Shown here one piece after another: positions 38,726-54,482 of a stretch of DNA of 64,000 bases. Position 1 is the stretch's first letter. The number at the start of each line of letters is the position of its first letter. The notes beneath the pieces were generated by a model. That model did no database searches and was not told where the DNA came from. It saw only the letters and a list, made by a program, of their open reading frames with translations. The position numbers and the translations under genes are program-made. Location of the stretch: contig NC_043005.1 in the NCBI RefSeq assembly GCF_006345805.1, positions 62,372,001 to 62,436,000 of the forward strand. Reading direction: 5' to 3'. The DNA comes from Octopus sinensis. Taxonomy: Eukaryota.

Positions 38726-38915
38726 GAGCACTCATTCGGTTACGATGATGAGGGTCCCAGCTGATACGATCAATGGAACAGCTTGCTCATGAAATTAACG
38801 TGCAAGTGGCTGAGCATTCCACAGACACATGTACCCTTAACGTAGTTTGCAAGGAGATTCAGCATGACACAGAGTGTGACAAGGCTGGCTCTTTTTTGAG
38901 ATACAGGTACTACTC
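38726..38915 (-). mobile_element. SINE family C 3' part
   Basis: Matches 53944-54130 (gcactc...gaaattaacgtg...gtacccttaac...gagtgtgacaaggc). Confidence 0.8.
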
Positions 38916-40522
38916 ATATATATATGTATATATATATATATATTCACATATATAAACACACACACACATATATATTCACATATATAAACACACACATATA
39001 TATATACACACAAATACATACACATACAGAAGTTTGTGCAGGGCATAATCTATCCTTTCTTTGAGGATGTCTTGTAGTCTTTCTTGTGGTTTCGATCCAG
39101 GTTAACCTTCATCACACAGACCTATGATTAAAGGTGTTTTACCATGACAAGTCAGCAATTTTGTAAATAAATCACTACTTTATCCAACATTTTCCTCTTC
39201 ATGTGTCATGCCAACAGTTGTCAGTGAATCATACTTTCATCCTATTATTGTTGACTATATCCTCCCATATAAAAGCTGTCAGTTGAGGGAATATTTCTAG
39301 TGGGTGAGCAATCTTATAGAAGCTCTCTTACTGATTCTAGGATACATTATCTGTACTGGTGAAAAACATATGTACAGAAGTTACATATATATATGCTTGT
39401 GATGAGATAAAACACAGCATTCAGTGGATACACTAAATCATGCTTCTACATCTCAAGTGTCACCAAAACTAGAAAAAAAATACCAAACGATTTCTTACAT
39501 TCAAAATCTCATCGTTTCTCTTTTTATTGTAAACTTGTGTATAAGTGCATATTCCCGAGCATATGTTTGCACATAGAATGAAACTGGCCAAGCAAAGATG
39601 AAATTTAAGGAGTTATACACACACACACATATATATTCCACTGAAGAATGTGATTATAATTCAAAGTTTTCTGTGTATGACAAAGGTGAATAATAAGGCA
39701 GGGATGGTGTGGGTGGGGAGTAATAATATACAATAGTCAGTAGGGAAGAAACAATGCAAGTTTTATTACTGTAGTTGCAGACAAAAGAATATTAACCATG
39801 AACATTCCATCATTTTGTCTATCTTTGGCCAAATTCTCTTAGGTGTCCTATTTCTTTTAAAAGACAGTAGTGTAATTTGAGGGAGATTTGCCTACTATTT
39901 CTAGAAAGCCCGTGTATTTATTAAAAGCCTTCTTATTTAATTGTTATAAGTAAAATCTGATGATTATTGGATGCCTAGAAGATTATTAGAAAATAGCATA
40001 TTGTAGTCCATCTGCTCCTTAATCCCTTGTTCGCAGAAATTTGGCAATTTAGAAAGAGATATGATGCTGGAGCTTTAATTATTTCTCAAGAATTAGCCAT
40101 TTAGCACAAATGTGTCCATAAGAGATATATAGAAAATAAGAAAAAGAGGGAAAGAGTGGAAAAAGAGAATCCTTTTAAGAGTATATCAATAGACGATCAA
40201 TGAAAATTACAACAAATCTTCAAAGGCAGAATAAGAAACAATGCTCCAGAATTGTGAATGCAGAAAACTCACTTCATTTCTTTCCATTTTACCCCACTAT
40301 CAGTAACTTGATAGAATTTATATGTTGATGTCCACCAATGATTAAAAGGAGACGGTAGGAAATCTGACTAATCCACAAAAATCTGCATTACTACTACTTT
40401 CTCCTAAGAGCATGACAGAGAGAGAGAGAAATCAACAAAAATGGACATGTGACTTAGCGTTTAAACACTTGCATGTACACACATACAAACTATCTATCTA
40501 TATGTGTGTGTGTGTATATATA

Positions 40523-40567
<45 letters not shown>

Positions 40568-40860
40568 TTTGGTGACACCGACTGACATTGGCAGCTGAAA
40601 CAGCTGTGAGTGATGTTCAAGTTTTGTATTAAGATAATATTTAACTGATGGTAGTCGATCTGTTTGTTGATCAAAAGTTTTCTCCATTTTCTGCACATTT
40701 TAAATTTAATTCCTGTTATTATTATTCTGTTATTACCTGTATCCTATGTGCAGAGTATGCTTGCATATCCATGTCCGGGTTAACATAGGTAATTTATACT
40801 GGTAGTAATAACGAATATTCTTATCCCTCAGACGGTTATTCCAACTGCTAACTCTACTTT

Positions 40861-40916
<56 letters not shown>

Positions 40917-41744
40917 GATAGATAGATAGATAGATAGACAAACAGACAGACAGAAAGATAAAGATAGATAGATAGATAGATATACTAGTTCCAGTAAAAC
41001 CATCTAACCCATGCCAGCATGGAAAACAGATGTTAAATGATGATTACAATGAGGATGACATGATGTATATATATATATATATATATATGCTGAGAAACAT
41101 AGAATACTGTGTTTAATTTTAGAAGAGTTAACCTAATAAAAAAAGTGAAATCATTACTAATCATTGTGAATAGAAATTCAAAATAATTAAACAACTAAGA
41201 GGAACTTGGTTACAGTGGCAAAAGATAGTGAAACAAATAATGTATTTTATTTGTAAAGTGTATTGTACTAGAACTATGTTGAAATCTGAATTTATCTTAG
41301 TAAGAAAATGTTCAGTCAACACTCCAGTAACAATGACAAATATTAAATGTGAGAAGTAAAATATTTAAGTATATAAGTGAAAAGCAAATTCTGTGATAGA
41401 TATTGGATTATGAACAATGATAATGCAGTTACACAAACATTGAATAAAATAAAAATGATGTAAACATTGTGGAAAACTATGACTTAACCATGTTATTTAC
41501 AAAAAATTTCAATTAAAAGAAGACTTAGGAGTTATTTTAAATTTTTTGCTTTTCTGGAGAAGATTAGAAAACAGGTTACAGTCAGGAATCAGATTTTATT
41601 AAAAATCTACTTTTGAGTTTTTAATAAATGAAGTTTATTTTAAATTAGAAAGCTAAAACTTTTGTGAACAAATTGAAATACCCTTGTAAATAATCAATTT
41701 GGCATGTCTAGCAAATTTATTTCTCAGTAATAATTCTTACAGTT

Positions 41745-41930
41745 GTAAGCACAAGGTCTGAAGATAGTCAATTACAGCAACCCCTGTGTTCAACAGGTAT
41801 TGATTTTATCGACCCCCAAAAGGAATAAAAGTGAAGTTAATCTTGGCAGAATTTGAACACAATATTTAACGACAGACAAAATGCCTCTAAACATTTTGCC
41901 CTGCATGCTAATGGGTGTGTCAACTCACCA
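41745..41930 (-). mobile_element. SINE family B copy
   Basis: ttttatcgaccccc...cttggcagaatttgaac...acattttgccctgcatgctaat. Confidence 0.65.
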
Positions 41931-42950
41931 GTAATGACAAAAAATGGATAATTTGTAATTTTTTACATACAAGCATAACGCTGGATTGAGGAGTTTAATA
42001 ATTTCAGTTTACCTTGAATGTATTTATTTTATTAACCTTGAAGGGACAAAAGGCAAATTTTCCACCTTGAGATTTTGTAAGTCAGCATAAACAGATGTTA
42101 CTGTTGAGCTCTGGATTAGTTCAGATCAATCTGACTTATATTCAAAGATATTCAGGATGTAATCTTCCTGTCTTCTTTTTTTCAAACTTATTCTTCCTAC
42201 TTTTAAGACATTATTATGTGATATGAGAGAAATTTGATGACTATTTCTAGCAGATCATGTGCCTACATAGAGGCTTTTATATCAGTTCATACAAACGGAT
42301 ATTATTAAATACTTGTAAAGTATTTTTTTAATGCATTATTTATTCAGCTACAGAGGGTGAGTCAATGATGGAAATGGTTAAATATAAGAATTATATTTAA
42401 ACATACTAAAGACACTAATTAAAAATTTATTGCTAAATTCAAATATATAGATATTTAGATAATTTAATCGCAATAAACAATGACAAAATACAAGAATACT
42501 ATGAGATTTATCTGATAAAGTTAGAATTATAAAAGAAAACAGCCATATATTATCAATGAATTTCCTTGACATAAACAGAGAAAAATTTCATACATAAAAT
42601 ATTGGATAAAAGAAAGAGCTACCAATAAGAATACAACAGAATAATAGCAATATAACTAATAAAATATTATATGCTTCAATAAATATAGAATTACAAAGCT
42701 TAGTAAATGGAAAAATACAAAACAAAAATGTTGCATATTTCTTAAATAATTTAAAACATCTTTTAGAACATAGTTGTAAGAAAACTTTTCTATCCAATAC
42801 TTTAAAGAAGGTCTTTCACAAATACATAAAAATTTTTTTCACATATTGAGAATCAACAATATAAAGCAAATAGAAGATATATAGTAGCTAGTATAAGCAA
42901 TCAATAAATAGTTGACACACAAGACTGATTACAAGGAGGTATAACAAATA

Positions 42951-42987
<37 letters not shown>

Positions 42988-43292
42988 GTATATATTGTAC
43001 ATTGAAATACATGAAATGTATGAGCAGGTAAATGTGGATTGTTTATGAGCGTATATATTTGGATGCAGGGTATTTTTAGAAATATATGCAAGTCACAAAT
43101 TATGGGGTTAGAGATATAAACACTTAAAATGACTTTACCACTTGAATAGTACTTGTGTTATTCACTATAGAATGATAAAGGACAAAACTGGTTCCAGGAG
43201 GAATTTCTAATTGAAGTGCAGGACTAAATAAGTAATGAACACCCAACTGATTCTGAATTATGTCACTATTTTAATAATAATAATCATAGTTA

Positions 43293-43460
43293 TTTCTGAT
43301 TTTGACACAAGACCAGCAACTTTGAGGGGAGGGGTTAGTTGATTTCATTGATCCCAGTAGGTGGCTGGTATTTTCTTTGATTAATTCTGGAGGATGAAAA
43401 GCAAGGTCAACCTTGGTAGGATTTGAACTCAGAATGTAAAGAGTAACTCTTGGATGCATT
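43293..43460 (-). mobile_element. SINE family B copy (head truncated)
   Basis: acaagaccagcaactttgaggggagggg...ggatgaaaagcaaggtcaaccttgg...atttgaactcagaatgtaaa. Confidence 0.65.
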
Positions 43461-44227
43461 TTTTTTTTATATAAATAAAAACTAACAGACCCAGTAGTAT
43501 ATTTATTGTTATATATTTTTTACTTGTTCCTTTAGCTAAGAAAATACATATATTATTTTCTGATTTAATTACATATTTTATTCCAAGGAGATTTTTTAAA
43601 GATATATTAAGGGGATTTGTAACCTTATTATATTTTGATTATGGGTATATTACTTTCAAAAACTTGTGAGCAAGGTAAAAATGTGAAACTTAAAATACAT
43701 ACATATTTACTTAAATATATATACATACATATGTGTGTGTGTGTGTAAATATGTATATATTTACTGAGAAACGAGGAGTATTTTCAGCAGTGTATAAATA
43801 TTTACACACCAGTTTTGTCTCCAATAATTTTCCCTCTTGTTTGCAAAGTGCAACATACACCCATAATTGCTTCTTATTTGTCAAGCACTTTTAACAGAGA
43901 ACTATATTACATGTGTGTGTGTGTATTTGTGGAAGTATCTTGTATGTCTCCTTGGTCGAGACTGCTGGGAATAGCCTTTAATTTGAATCATAATCCAAAT
44001 CCAATGTAAATCAGATTGAAGCAATTAACAGAGTTTGGTCCAAGTCTAAACTATATTGATCTAGCCAAGCACTCTAGAATACAAAACAGAGAATTATATG
44101 AAGACAAAACAGATTAAAGGGATCTATCTAAAAGCACAAGGAAAAACCACCAATAGATCCAAATCTATTTGGCCACCCTACTTTGCTTCTACACTTTTTC
44201 AGTATCTATTTATATATATACACACAT

Positions 44228-44400
44228 CTCTCTTTCTCTCTCTCTTGCTCTCTTTCTCTTTCTCGCTTTCTCTCTCTCACACACTTGCTATCTCTCTCTT
44301 TCTCTCACTCACTTGCTCTCTCTCTCTCACACACTTGCTATCTCTCTCTTTCTCTCACTCACTTGCTCTCTTTCTTTGTGTCTGTGTGTGAGAGAGAGAG
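44228..44400. repeat. CT-rich minisatellite with 50-bp period
   Basis: acacttgctatctctctctttctctcactcacttgctctc recurs at 44281 and 44331. Confidence 0.85.
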
Positions 44401-46125
44401 CATCATTTATAAGCAGAGACAGAGCACTCAATATCCATGTTATTAGAGTTTGTTATACTTCATTTTTGTATATTGATATTGGCGTTATGACTTTCCCTAG
44501 ACATAACAGAGTTTATTAGAGTATAATGTAATATAATCAACAGGATACAAATCATTTCATGAGGTGATGTCATATTCATGCAATTCACATACCAAGTTCA
44601 AAAACAGCCAATAACTATTCTGATTAAAGGTAGGAAGTAATTACAAAGAAAAAAAAAAAAGAAAAAAAAGAAAAAACAAAAATGAAAAAATGGTGAGAGT
44701 TAACTGAAATATGTAGCTGAAATTTTTCTTCCTTGAAGTGGTGGTCCTAGGCTTGTGAATATTTGTGTTCATGCATGTACAGAAACATACACACATATAC
44801 ATAAACGTATGCATAAGTACATACATATTTGCACATATGCACATACAAGTGTATGTACATGTGTGCATGCATATAAAAATTAATATACATTGATCAAATA
44901 AATTAAATGGATAAGGTTATCTTCTAACTTAGATGCAGGATGACCAATACTGTATCAGTGGAAATGGGCAGTTGGAAATTAGATAGAAATTCATTATACA
45001 TTTCTATATTTTTATACGTCTACTTATTTTTACTAGTGTAAACATCTATGTCATAAAGTATAACTTTGCAATCTGATCAAAAATAGATCAATAAAATAAG
45101 TTTCAAAATGAGGAAGTACTAGGAGTGATATGATTGACTAAAAGCTCCTGATGGGTATGCTGTAGCATGGCCATATCACAAAGACTGAAACCATTAACAA
45201 ACAATAAATAAAAGTAATAAAATCAGTGTATTTATATAATGTTGTAGACTGATATAAATAAAAATAGTATCTTTTCAACTGATGAATTTGATATTTGTTT
45301 GGCAGAGAATTTATGGCTTCTGTTATACTGTTATACAGTGATTTCTATCAGATCAGTTTACCTGTTGTTGTATTGTTTTGTTTTTATTATAATCTATATT
45401 CAGTCAATTATATTAATCTTATCATATGCAATATTGCACGCTAGCATTTCTACATTAGAGTTCTCATAATATGTTGCATTTAATTTAGAAAAATCTAAGT
45501 TGATGTAAACACGTTAGAAAGTTAAGAACAAAACCATACAGAAACAAATATTTAGAATATAAACACAAATGGAATGCATCTCTTAAAAGAAAGAATTATA
45601 AACAGGACTTTAATATAATTTTAGCAACTTTCCATTAAATACTTCTAGGATGAAGAGTTTTATTTTATTTATTGCATTGAGCTACAGAAAAGACAAAAAA
45701 CTACCAAATTATAAAATTACAGATAAATTGTATTGTGTAATAGCTAAGCCATAAATTTAGCAGAGATATCACCTTTATATAGAATATAAGCTTGTCTCCT
45801 TATATATCACCTGTTTAGTTAATTTTTTTAATATATATTTTCATTTTAAATTCCCAACAAAAAGAAAACCAATCTGCCAAAATCCTCACCATTTCTAATA
45901 CATGTCACAGTTATGTGATACTAACAGTATGTAATGTAAGTAATATTACTAAACAACCTGAAAATGCTGAGATGCCTTCAGGTGAGACATCTTCAAGTGA
46001 AAGCTCATTTTAAAATACCTAAGTAAAGAAAAATTATTAGTATCTGTGCGTGTGTATATAGATATATATGCATATATGTATGCATATATATGTATATATT
46101 ATATATGTATGTATATATATGTAAG

Positions 46126-46173
<48 letters not shown>

Positions 46174-46884
46174 GTATATATATATATATATGTGAATATA
46201 TATATATGTGAATATATATATATGCGTGTGTGTGTATATATACGTGTGTGTGTGTGCATGAGTGTATTGTATGATATGTGTGTGTGTGCTTCAGTGTGTG
46301 TATGTAATTGAATGTGTAAGTCATCTACCCACAAATCACACTCAGACATTCATCACCACCATTGATTATTTTTATCCGAATTTTTTCATTTTCATATAAA
46401 ACGTGCTGTACACCTGTTGCTCCTTAATACTTTTTATATCTAATATAACAGTGATAAGTGACACATTTGTCTTTAAAAAGAGTTTCTCAATAATGTCGTA
46501 AGTTAGTGAGAAATATAGTAGTAGCATATTTCTGTTTCATACACACCATAGCACAGGTAACTGCATTGCATTCATATTATCATATGTAATAGAAATTTAC
46601 AACCTTTTAATCTCAGACTACTGGTTTTCTTTTGAATATATATTTAGTTTGTGCCACTAGTGTTGCATCTCAGAGATTTTGTGTGTGAGCACTTCTTCAG
46701 AGGAAATAAAATATACACAACAAATACTGACCTCTCACATTCATTATGCTCAGCATGTATACATACATATATATATATATATCACAATCATAATGAGTAA
46801 GAGAAAAATTAGCATCTGGTATTGTGGTAGATTATAATAATTAAATTCAGTTGACTTGTGCCAAGAATTTCTCTCTTGTCATAG

Positions 46885-47501
46885 TGATACCTGCTCAGAG
46901 GCCTATGCAAAGTTGCAGAAAGTATACAAAGAGTAGTGTATGAGCCACACACAAGTGTACAAGTGGTTCAGACATTTCCAACATGGCTGAAAAAATGTCG
47001 CTATTGACGAATGTTCTGGGAAACCCACAACCAGCAGAACTGATAATAACATCGCAGATGTGCATGCAGCTGTGAGGGGAAATTGCCAAATCACCATCTG
47101 TGAGTTATCAGAGGATGTGCAGATTAGTTATGGTTCAGTTCAGTCCATTATCACTGAAAAGTCAAGTATGAGACGCATGTCTGCAAAGTTTAGGCAAAAA
47201 TTGCTTTGCACAAAGATCTCTTTGACTGTGTCATAAATGAAAAACTTTTTGAAAACTTTGTGTAGGCCTCTGAGCAGGTATCACCAAGCTTTTGGCAAAA
47301 TTTGATGATGGTTCTCTGTCATGGTCAATGCAATGATCACACACTACATATGTTCCTTCCAAGCACTGCTGTAAACAAGGGAAGTAAGCTAGAATGTTAA
47401 CAACAGAGATCAAGGTCAATATGTGCTAAGCAGCTTTACTCTGTGTGCTTCAGCTTCGTTACTATAGCAACAATCCGGATACTTATTGATCAGACCACGT
47501 A
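46885..47501 (+). mobile_element. Internally deleted mariner relic (N-terminal HTH region and right TIR)
   Basis: EAYAKLQKVYKE*CMSHTQVYKWFRHFQHG*KNVAIDECSGKPTTSRTDNNI...ISYGSVQSIITEKSSMRRMSAKF. Right end atccggatacttattgatcagaccacg|TA at 47473-47501. Confidence 0.8.
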
Positions 47502-47868
47502 CATTGAAATTACTGTTTAAGTATTTGTTAAATGACCTTGGGCATTTCCAAATACTCACACCTTCAGGATATACAATACATAAGGTTTCTCTTGCAAGTG
47601 TTGCATTGTTGCCCACACAAATTTTGTAAAGCATGCAATGCCAAATATGCAGCTTAATAAAGTCCTTGTTTTCCATTGTCTACCAGACAGAGATTAAGTA
47701 CAAATAATGTGTGTTCGTGTTAATGAGTGTCCACATTAATGTTTGGTCATTAGCTCTATGCTGATTGGTTGAATGCAAGGATACCTTTTATTGGCTTGTG
47801 GAATATTTGTGATAGATGGTCAGACTACTTGCTTAAAAATATGATGTTACTTTTCAAAGCTCCTCATA
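47502..47868 (-). mobile_element. Second mariner relic (left TIR and transposase N-terminus)
   Basis: MENKDFIKLHIWHCMLYKICVGNNATLARETLCIVYPEGVSIWKCPRSFNKY resembles a mariner N-terminus. Minus-strand end TA|TGAGGAGCTTTGAAAAGTAAC near 47847-47868. Confidence 0.7.
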
Positions 47869-48169
47869 TATATATATATATGTATGTATATATATGATTA
47901 GTGGATGCATGGAAGATGGGCATTAAATGATGATGATGATATATATATATTTTATCTTTTACTTGTTTCAGTCATTTGACTGCAGCCATGCTGGAGCACT
48001 GAATAAATTGACCCTACAACTTATTTTTTTAAAGCCTAGTACTTATTCTATGAGTCTCTTTTTCCTGAACTGCAAAGTTATGAGGACATAACACACCAAC
48101 ACCGGTTATGAAGCAGTGGTGGGGGACTAATACAGACATAAAGACATACATACATACATAAATACATAC

Positions 48170-48783
48170 ATCATCATCATCATCATCATCATCATCGTTT
48201 AACGTCTGTTCTCCATGCTAGCATGGGTTGGACGGTTCGACCGGGGATCTGGGAAGCCAGAAGGCTGCACCAGGCTCCAGTCTTATCTGGCAATGTTTCT
48301 ACAGCTGGATGCCCTTCCTAACGCCAACCACTTCGCGAGTGTAGTGGGTGCTTTTTACATGCCACCTGCACTGGAGCCAGGCGAGGCTGGCATCGGCCAT
48401 GGTCGCATTGGTGCATTTTACGTGCCACCTGCACGGAAGCCAGTCGAGGCGGCACTGGCTTTGGCCACGATTCGGATGGTGCTTTTTATGTGCCACCGAC
48501 ACGGAAGCCAGTCGAGGCGGCACTGGCATCGGCCACGATTCGGATAGTGCTTTTTACGTGTCTCCAGTCCAGGGGTCCTGGCATCTGCCAGGTGCCAGTC
48601 ATAGGATTGGTTCAATTTCGATTCTGATTTCGATTTCACTTGCCCCAACAGGTCTTCGCAAGCAAAGTGGGGTAGGCATAGGTGCCTGTCGTTGGATGAG
48701 GTTCGATATCGACTTCGCTTGCCTCAACAGGTCTTTGTGTGTCCAAGGGAGGAAAGGCATGCATAAGTGGGTTGGACTCACTT
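48170..48783 (-). mobile_element. RTE-clade LINE 3' UTR, young CpG-rich subfamily
   Basis: (CAT)n followed by cgtttaacgtctgttctccatgctagcatggg; several tandem gtgcttttta(c/t)(g/a)tgccacc units. Confidence 0.85.
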
Positions 48784-48784
48784 A

Positions 48785-48996
<212 letters not shown>

Positions 48997-49782
48997 GACT
49001 GGCCTCTTTCAATTTCAGTCTACCGAATCTGCTCACAAGGCTTTTGTCGACCTGAGGCTATAGTAGAAGACACCTGTCCAAGTTGCCATGCTGTAGGACT
49101 GAATCCAGAACCATGTGGTTGGGAAACAAACTTCTTAACACACAGCCAATGCCTGTTGTTATGAGTTATTAATAAGAGATTATTAATCTACGCAAAATAC
49201 TTCTCAAGCTCTCAGTTAATACAAATACACCAGGCCAACAAAAAGTTTTCAGATTGGTGTAGAACTCCAGGCAAGATCTGGGGTTGAAGTTCCTTACTAG
49301 TTGACCTTGTAAATCCATGGTTGCATTCACCGGTTAATATGGTATTCTTCACAAAGTGACATACAAGAAAAGGTATACATAATGGACTTTACATATTTCC
49401 TTATTGGTGCGTCTTAGACTTTCAACTGCTTCTGATATACATCATAGGTGCATTCAGGGTCCCCTTTACTCAATCAATCGATTGATTGATTGAAAAAAAA
49501 AAAGAATAAGTTTAACAAATACTATCATCTTCACATGATATATATGTATATATACACAGACACAGAATGGGCTATATCTATACACACACACACACACACA
49601 CACAAACACACATGCACATAGTATTTCAATTTATGCACTAGGAATAGGTCTATCATGTAAACCTATCAATACTGTCTACTTAACGTATATGCATTATTTA
49701 AACCACAACTTCTGCTGTTTAAACAACGAAAGTATGTGATATTGATAGGTTACACACATATATTTATGTATGTATATAATGC

Positions 49783-49813
<31 letters not shown>

Positions 49814-51164
49814 TAAGTAATGTGATATAAACATACACACACACTCACACATGTATGTACAAATGTATATATACTCATATACAGACACCATCTCACATAT
49901 ATATATTTTTTCTCATTGATAATTTTATGGCATTAGGATAGCTGGATAGCTGGCACAGCTCAAATAAATCACTGATATTCAAAATAGAATTGCTTCGTTC
50001 ATTCAGATTGATCAACATGCATGTATTTCAATACAACACCTTTCAGGTTATGTGAGTTTATTGGAAAAAAACCAAAGATAATTTGATTTACATAAACTGA
50101 CTATCCTGATATGGAAGGTATAGAGATTAATAAAATATATGGAATTTAAGAAATTATATCCACCAACTATATTACTTTACAAACTGTATATTTCATTTCT
50201 AACAGTGTTTGTCATCTACTTTGAAGTGCATATATTTAAATGAAAACTTTGTAGTATAATAATCTAATTGAAGAAAAAAAGAATTGACAGACCCCTAACA
50301 CTACTCCTTCCTTCAATGATGTCTACTCTTTTACCCTCTCAACAACAATCCTCTTATAACTACAGATATATTCTACTTATTTAATTTCCTCTCCCTCATT
50401 GCACCTTCTCCCCTCACACACACTCACTCTCTCTTGTTTCCTACTTTAGTTATAGGGGGCTACTTTACCACCGTAGTCTCGCATGCTGTAAGTTGATCTC
50501 ACATGGGCTGGTGCTTCCATTACACTCTGTAAAGTGGTTGGTATTAGGAATAGTATCCAGACAGAATTCATTGAGGTGGATTTTCTACAGTCCTTACTGC
50601 CATCAAATGTCACTTGTTTCCAAGCAAGGTAATTTTTTTTCTTAGTTGGACATGTTTCATGGAAGGTAGTGTGATAACACTACAACACTACTTTAAAGAA
50701 CGTAAAGATGGACAAAATACTGCTAAGCATTTTGCTCGCTGTGCTAATGATTCTGCCAACCTGTCACCTTAAACTACTTGTATGATATTGACATGATTTC
50801 CAAGACGAAGAAATACAAACATGTACACTCCCCAACACACACACACACACACACAAAATGGATTTAACATGGTTTCTATGTACCAAGCTCACTCACAAGA
50901 TTTGGCCTCAATCTATAAGGAAAGACAGTTGCCCAAAGTACTACATAATGGGAGTGAACTCAAACTCATGTGGGTGAAAAGCCAGCTTCTTAACCATATA
51001 ACCACACCAGCACTTATATGTATATGGGTGTGTATGAAACACAAAAACTACTTAAATTTGGCTGATCATGATTTGATTTTAGAACTGACTTAGAAAAGGC
51101 CAAATTATCTTTTTCAAGTATGTTTACATATATATATACACATCTATACATCTTTCATCTTTGG

Positions 51165-51822
51165 TCTTTTATCTTTTACCTATTTCAGTCATTAGACTGC
51201 AGGCATGCTAGGGCACCACTTTGAAATTATTTTTTTTAGTTGAAAGTACCCCAGTACTTATTTTATAAGCCTGGTACTTATTCGATCGGTTTCTTTTGCT
51301 GAACTGTTGTCAAGTGGTGATAGGGGGACAAACACAGGAAATGTGGAGTAGATAAAACAGTGGACAACTGATGAAGGGATTGTCCTTTATGTTGCCTGTC
51401 TTGTTTTTTTATTTGCTTCTTTCATTGTTCACAAAAAAAGTTCATTTTCTATGTTTCTGTTTTTCATGTTCTTATTTTTCGTGTTGTTTATGTCTTTTGA
51501 CATCCTGTACCCATATATGCATTTGTATATACATATATATGTAAGTATGTACATGTATGTATATATGCATATATATATATATATTTATATTATCATATGA
51601 TTGAATGCCATGCATCCATTTCCAAGTAAGTTTTACACACACACACATATATATATATATAGGATGGTCTTCTTTCAGTTTCTCTCTACCAAATTCACTC
51701 ACAAGGCTTTTGTCGGCCTGGGGCTATAGCAGAAGACACTTGCCCAAGGTGCCATGCAGTAGGACTGAACCCAGAACCTTGCAGTTGGGAAGCAAGCTTC
51801 TTACAACACAACCACTGTATGC
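51165..51822 (-). mobile_element. SINE family A interrupted by a T-rich insert (about 51340-51600)
   Basis: The 3' half (51165-51338) and 5' half (51661-51822) match family A. Confidence 0.7.
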
Positions 51823-51857
51823 ATGCATACATGAACACATGGATGAAAATATCTATC

Positions 51858-51908
<51 letters not shown>

Positions 51909-52480
51909 ATACACACACACAAAAATAACCACACATACATATTTTGCATTCACATATATATAATGAAAATATATAAATATATTTTTTTAAAGTTATTTTG
52001 TTTTAATTCATATAATTTGAATCAATATAACCAAATATATTAAAAAGGTTTTAGTAGATATTTGTTTATCAGACCATGTAATATGAGGTATTAATTATAC
52101 CAAACTTAGATATATATATTAAACATTTTTAATCAACAGTACTCTACAAATATTCTTACATGTAATACTAAATAGCATAGGAGAGATATTATTTAACTAA
52201 ATTAATAAAAGTCTGACAAACCAGCTAACACAAAGTGGTGTTTATATTAATTTTTCACAATCTCTTGCTACATCATTGAATAGATATGCATCCATGCTTA
52301 TATAGATATTTAGCAGTAACAATATAATTGCATAACACATACTCACATACATACATGAATACATACACATACATGTACATAAACACACACACGTGAACAC
52401 ACTATGATTCTGCATGTTAGCATCTAGATTTTAATGTGTATGTAAATAAGTACGTACATACATACATATTCCATCACATA

Positions 52481-53600
52481 CCAGGGGGAGAAACTAGAAA
52501 TAGTTGGTAGCTTCCGCTACCTACGTGACCAAGTCTGTAGTGGAAGTGGATACTTGGAGAGTGTTGCCACTAGAATAAGAATAGCTTGGGCAAAGTTCAG
52601 AAAACTCCTACCTCTGCTGGTGGCAAAGGGCCTCTCGATCAGAGTGAAAGGTACATTGTATGATGCATGTGTGCAAACTGCCATGCTACACAGTTAGTAT
52701 GATCCACTGGATGTGTAATGTCAGGGTGTGCACACTGCAGAGTATAAGCACCTGAGAGAAATGTTGGACATAAGAAGCTTCAGATGTGGTGTGCAAGAGA
52801 GACGACTGCGCTGGTATAGTCATGTGCTGTGTAGGGATGAGGAGAGCTGTGTGAAGAAGTGTCACTCCCTAACAATGGAAGAATCCAGGGTAGAGGGAGA
52901 CGCATGAAGACATGGGATGAGGCGGTGAAGCATGACCTTTGATGTTGGGCCTCACAGAGGCAATGACGAAAGACCGCGACCTCTGGAGATATGCTGTGAA
53001 TGAGAAGACTTGGCAAATAAAGTGAGATCACAGCCGTAGCCTACACGAGTGTCACATTGCCAGCCCATTTAAAAAGTACCTTTGAATCGTCGGGTGACAT
53101 TCTGTGCTTGAGGAGACTGATTGAGTCAAGTGAAATCAAAATCAAATCAAATTATAATGAAATGGAATTGTAGTTGTGACCAATGCCAGTACCGCCTGAC
53201 TGGCTCCTGTGCTGGTGGCATGCAATAAGCACCATTCATACATGGGTCATTGCCAGTTCCACCTGATGGCTCTCCATGCCGGTGGCACATAAAAAGCATC
53301 ATCCGAACATGGTCAATGCCAGCCTCCTCGCTCTGACTGACTCCTGTGCCGGTAGCAAGTAAAAAGCACCATCCGAATGTGACCAATGCCAGTGCTGCTG
53401 ACTGGCTCCCATGGCAGTGGCATGTAAAAAGCACCCACACTACACTCTCAGAGTGGTTGGTGTTAGGAAGGGCATCCAGCTGTAGAAACACTGCCGGATT
53501 AGATTGGAGCCTGGTGTGGCTTCCTGGCTTGCAAGTCCCCAGTCAAACAGTCCAACCCATGCCAGCATGGAAAATGGACATTAAACGATGATGATGATGA
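52481..53600 (+). mobile_element. RTE-clade LINE 3' fragment
   Basis: Collinear with 33330-34370 (TRIRIAWAKFRKLLPLLVAKGLSIRVKGTLYDACVQTAMLHS); tandem UTR units; (GAT)n tail. Confidence 0.9.
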
Positions 53601-53906
53601 CATGCACACACACACACACACACACACATCTGGTTTGCGAGATTCTTTATGTGAATTCATGTGTTGATACAAATTTTGTTGAGCATGGGGAGAGTCATAC
53701 TGCTTTGATATAAAACACACTCACTGATTCAATTTCCACTCATTTATTATTATTTTCTTTTTTGTGTGTCTTCCCCGAAATAATGAGCAGAAATTGAACT
53801 GGTGTTAGATATTAAAGACAGTATGACTCACTCAGGCACAATGAAATATACATATATATATATATGTGCATGTGTGTGTGTATATGTATAGATATATTTG
53901 TGTGTA

Positions 53907-54426
<520 letters not shown>

Positions 54427-54434
54427 GTGTGTGT

Positions 54435-54482
<48 letters not shown>

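Noticed and set aside
39085-39120. Minus-strand GTGATGA...GAAAC hammerhead candidate
   Set aside because: G at position 3, weak helix II, and no helix I or III.
51366-51392. CTGATGA followed by hairpin AGGGA-TTG-TCCTT
   Set aside because: No GAAA core strand after the hairpin.
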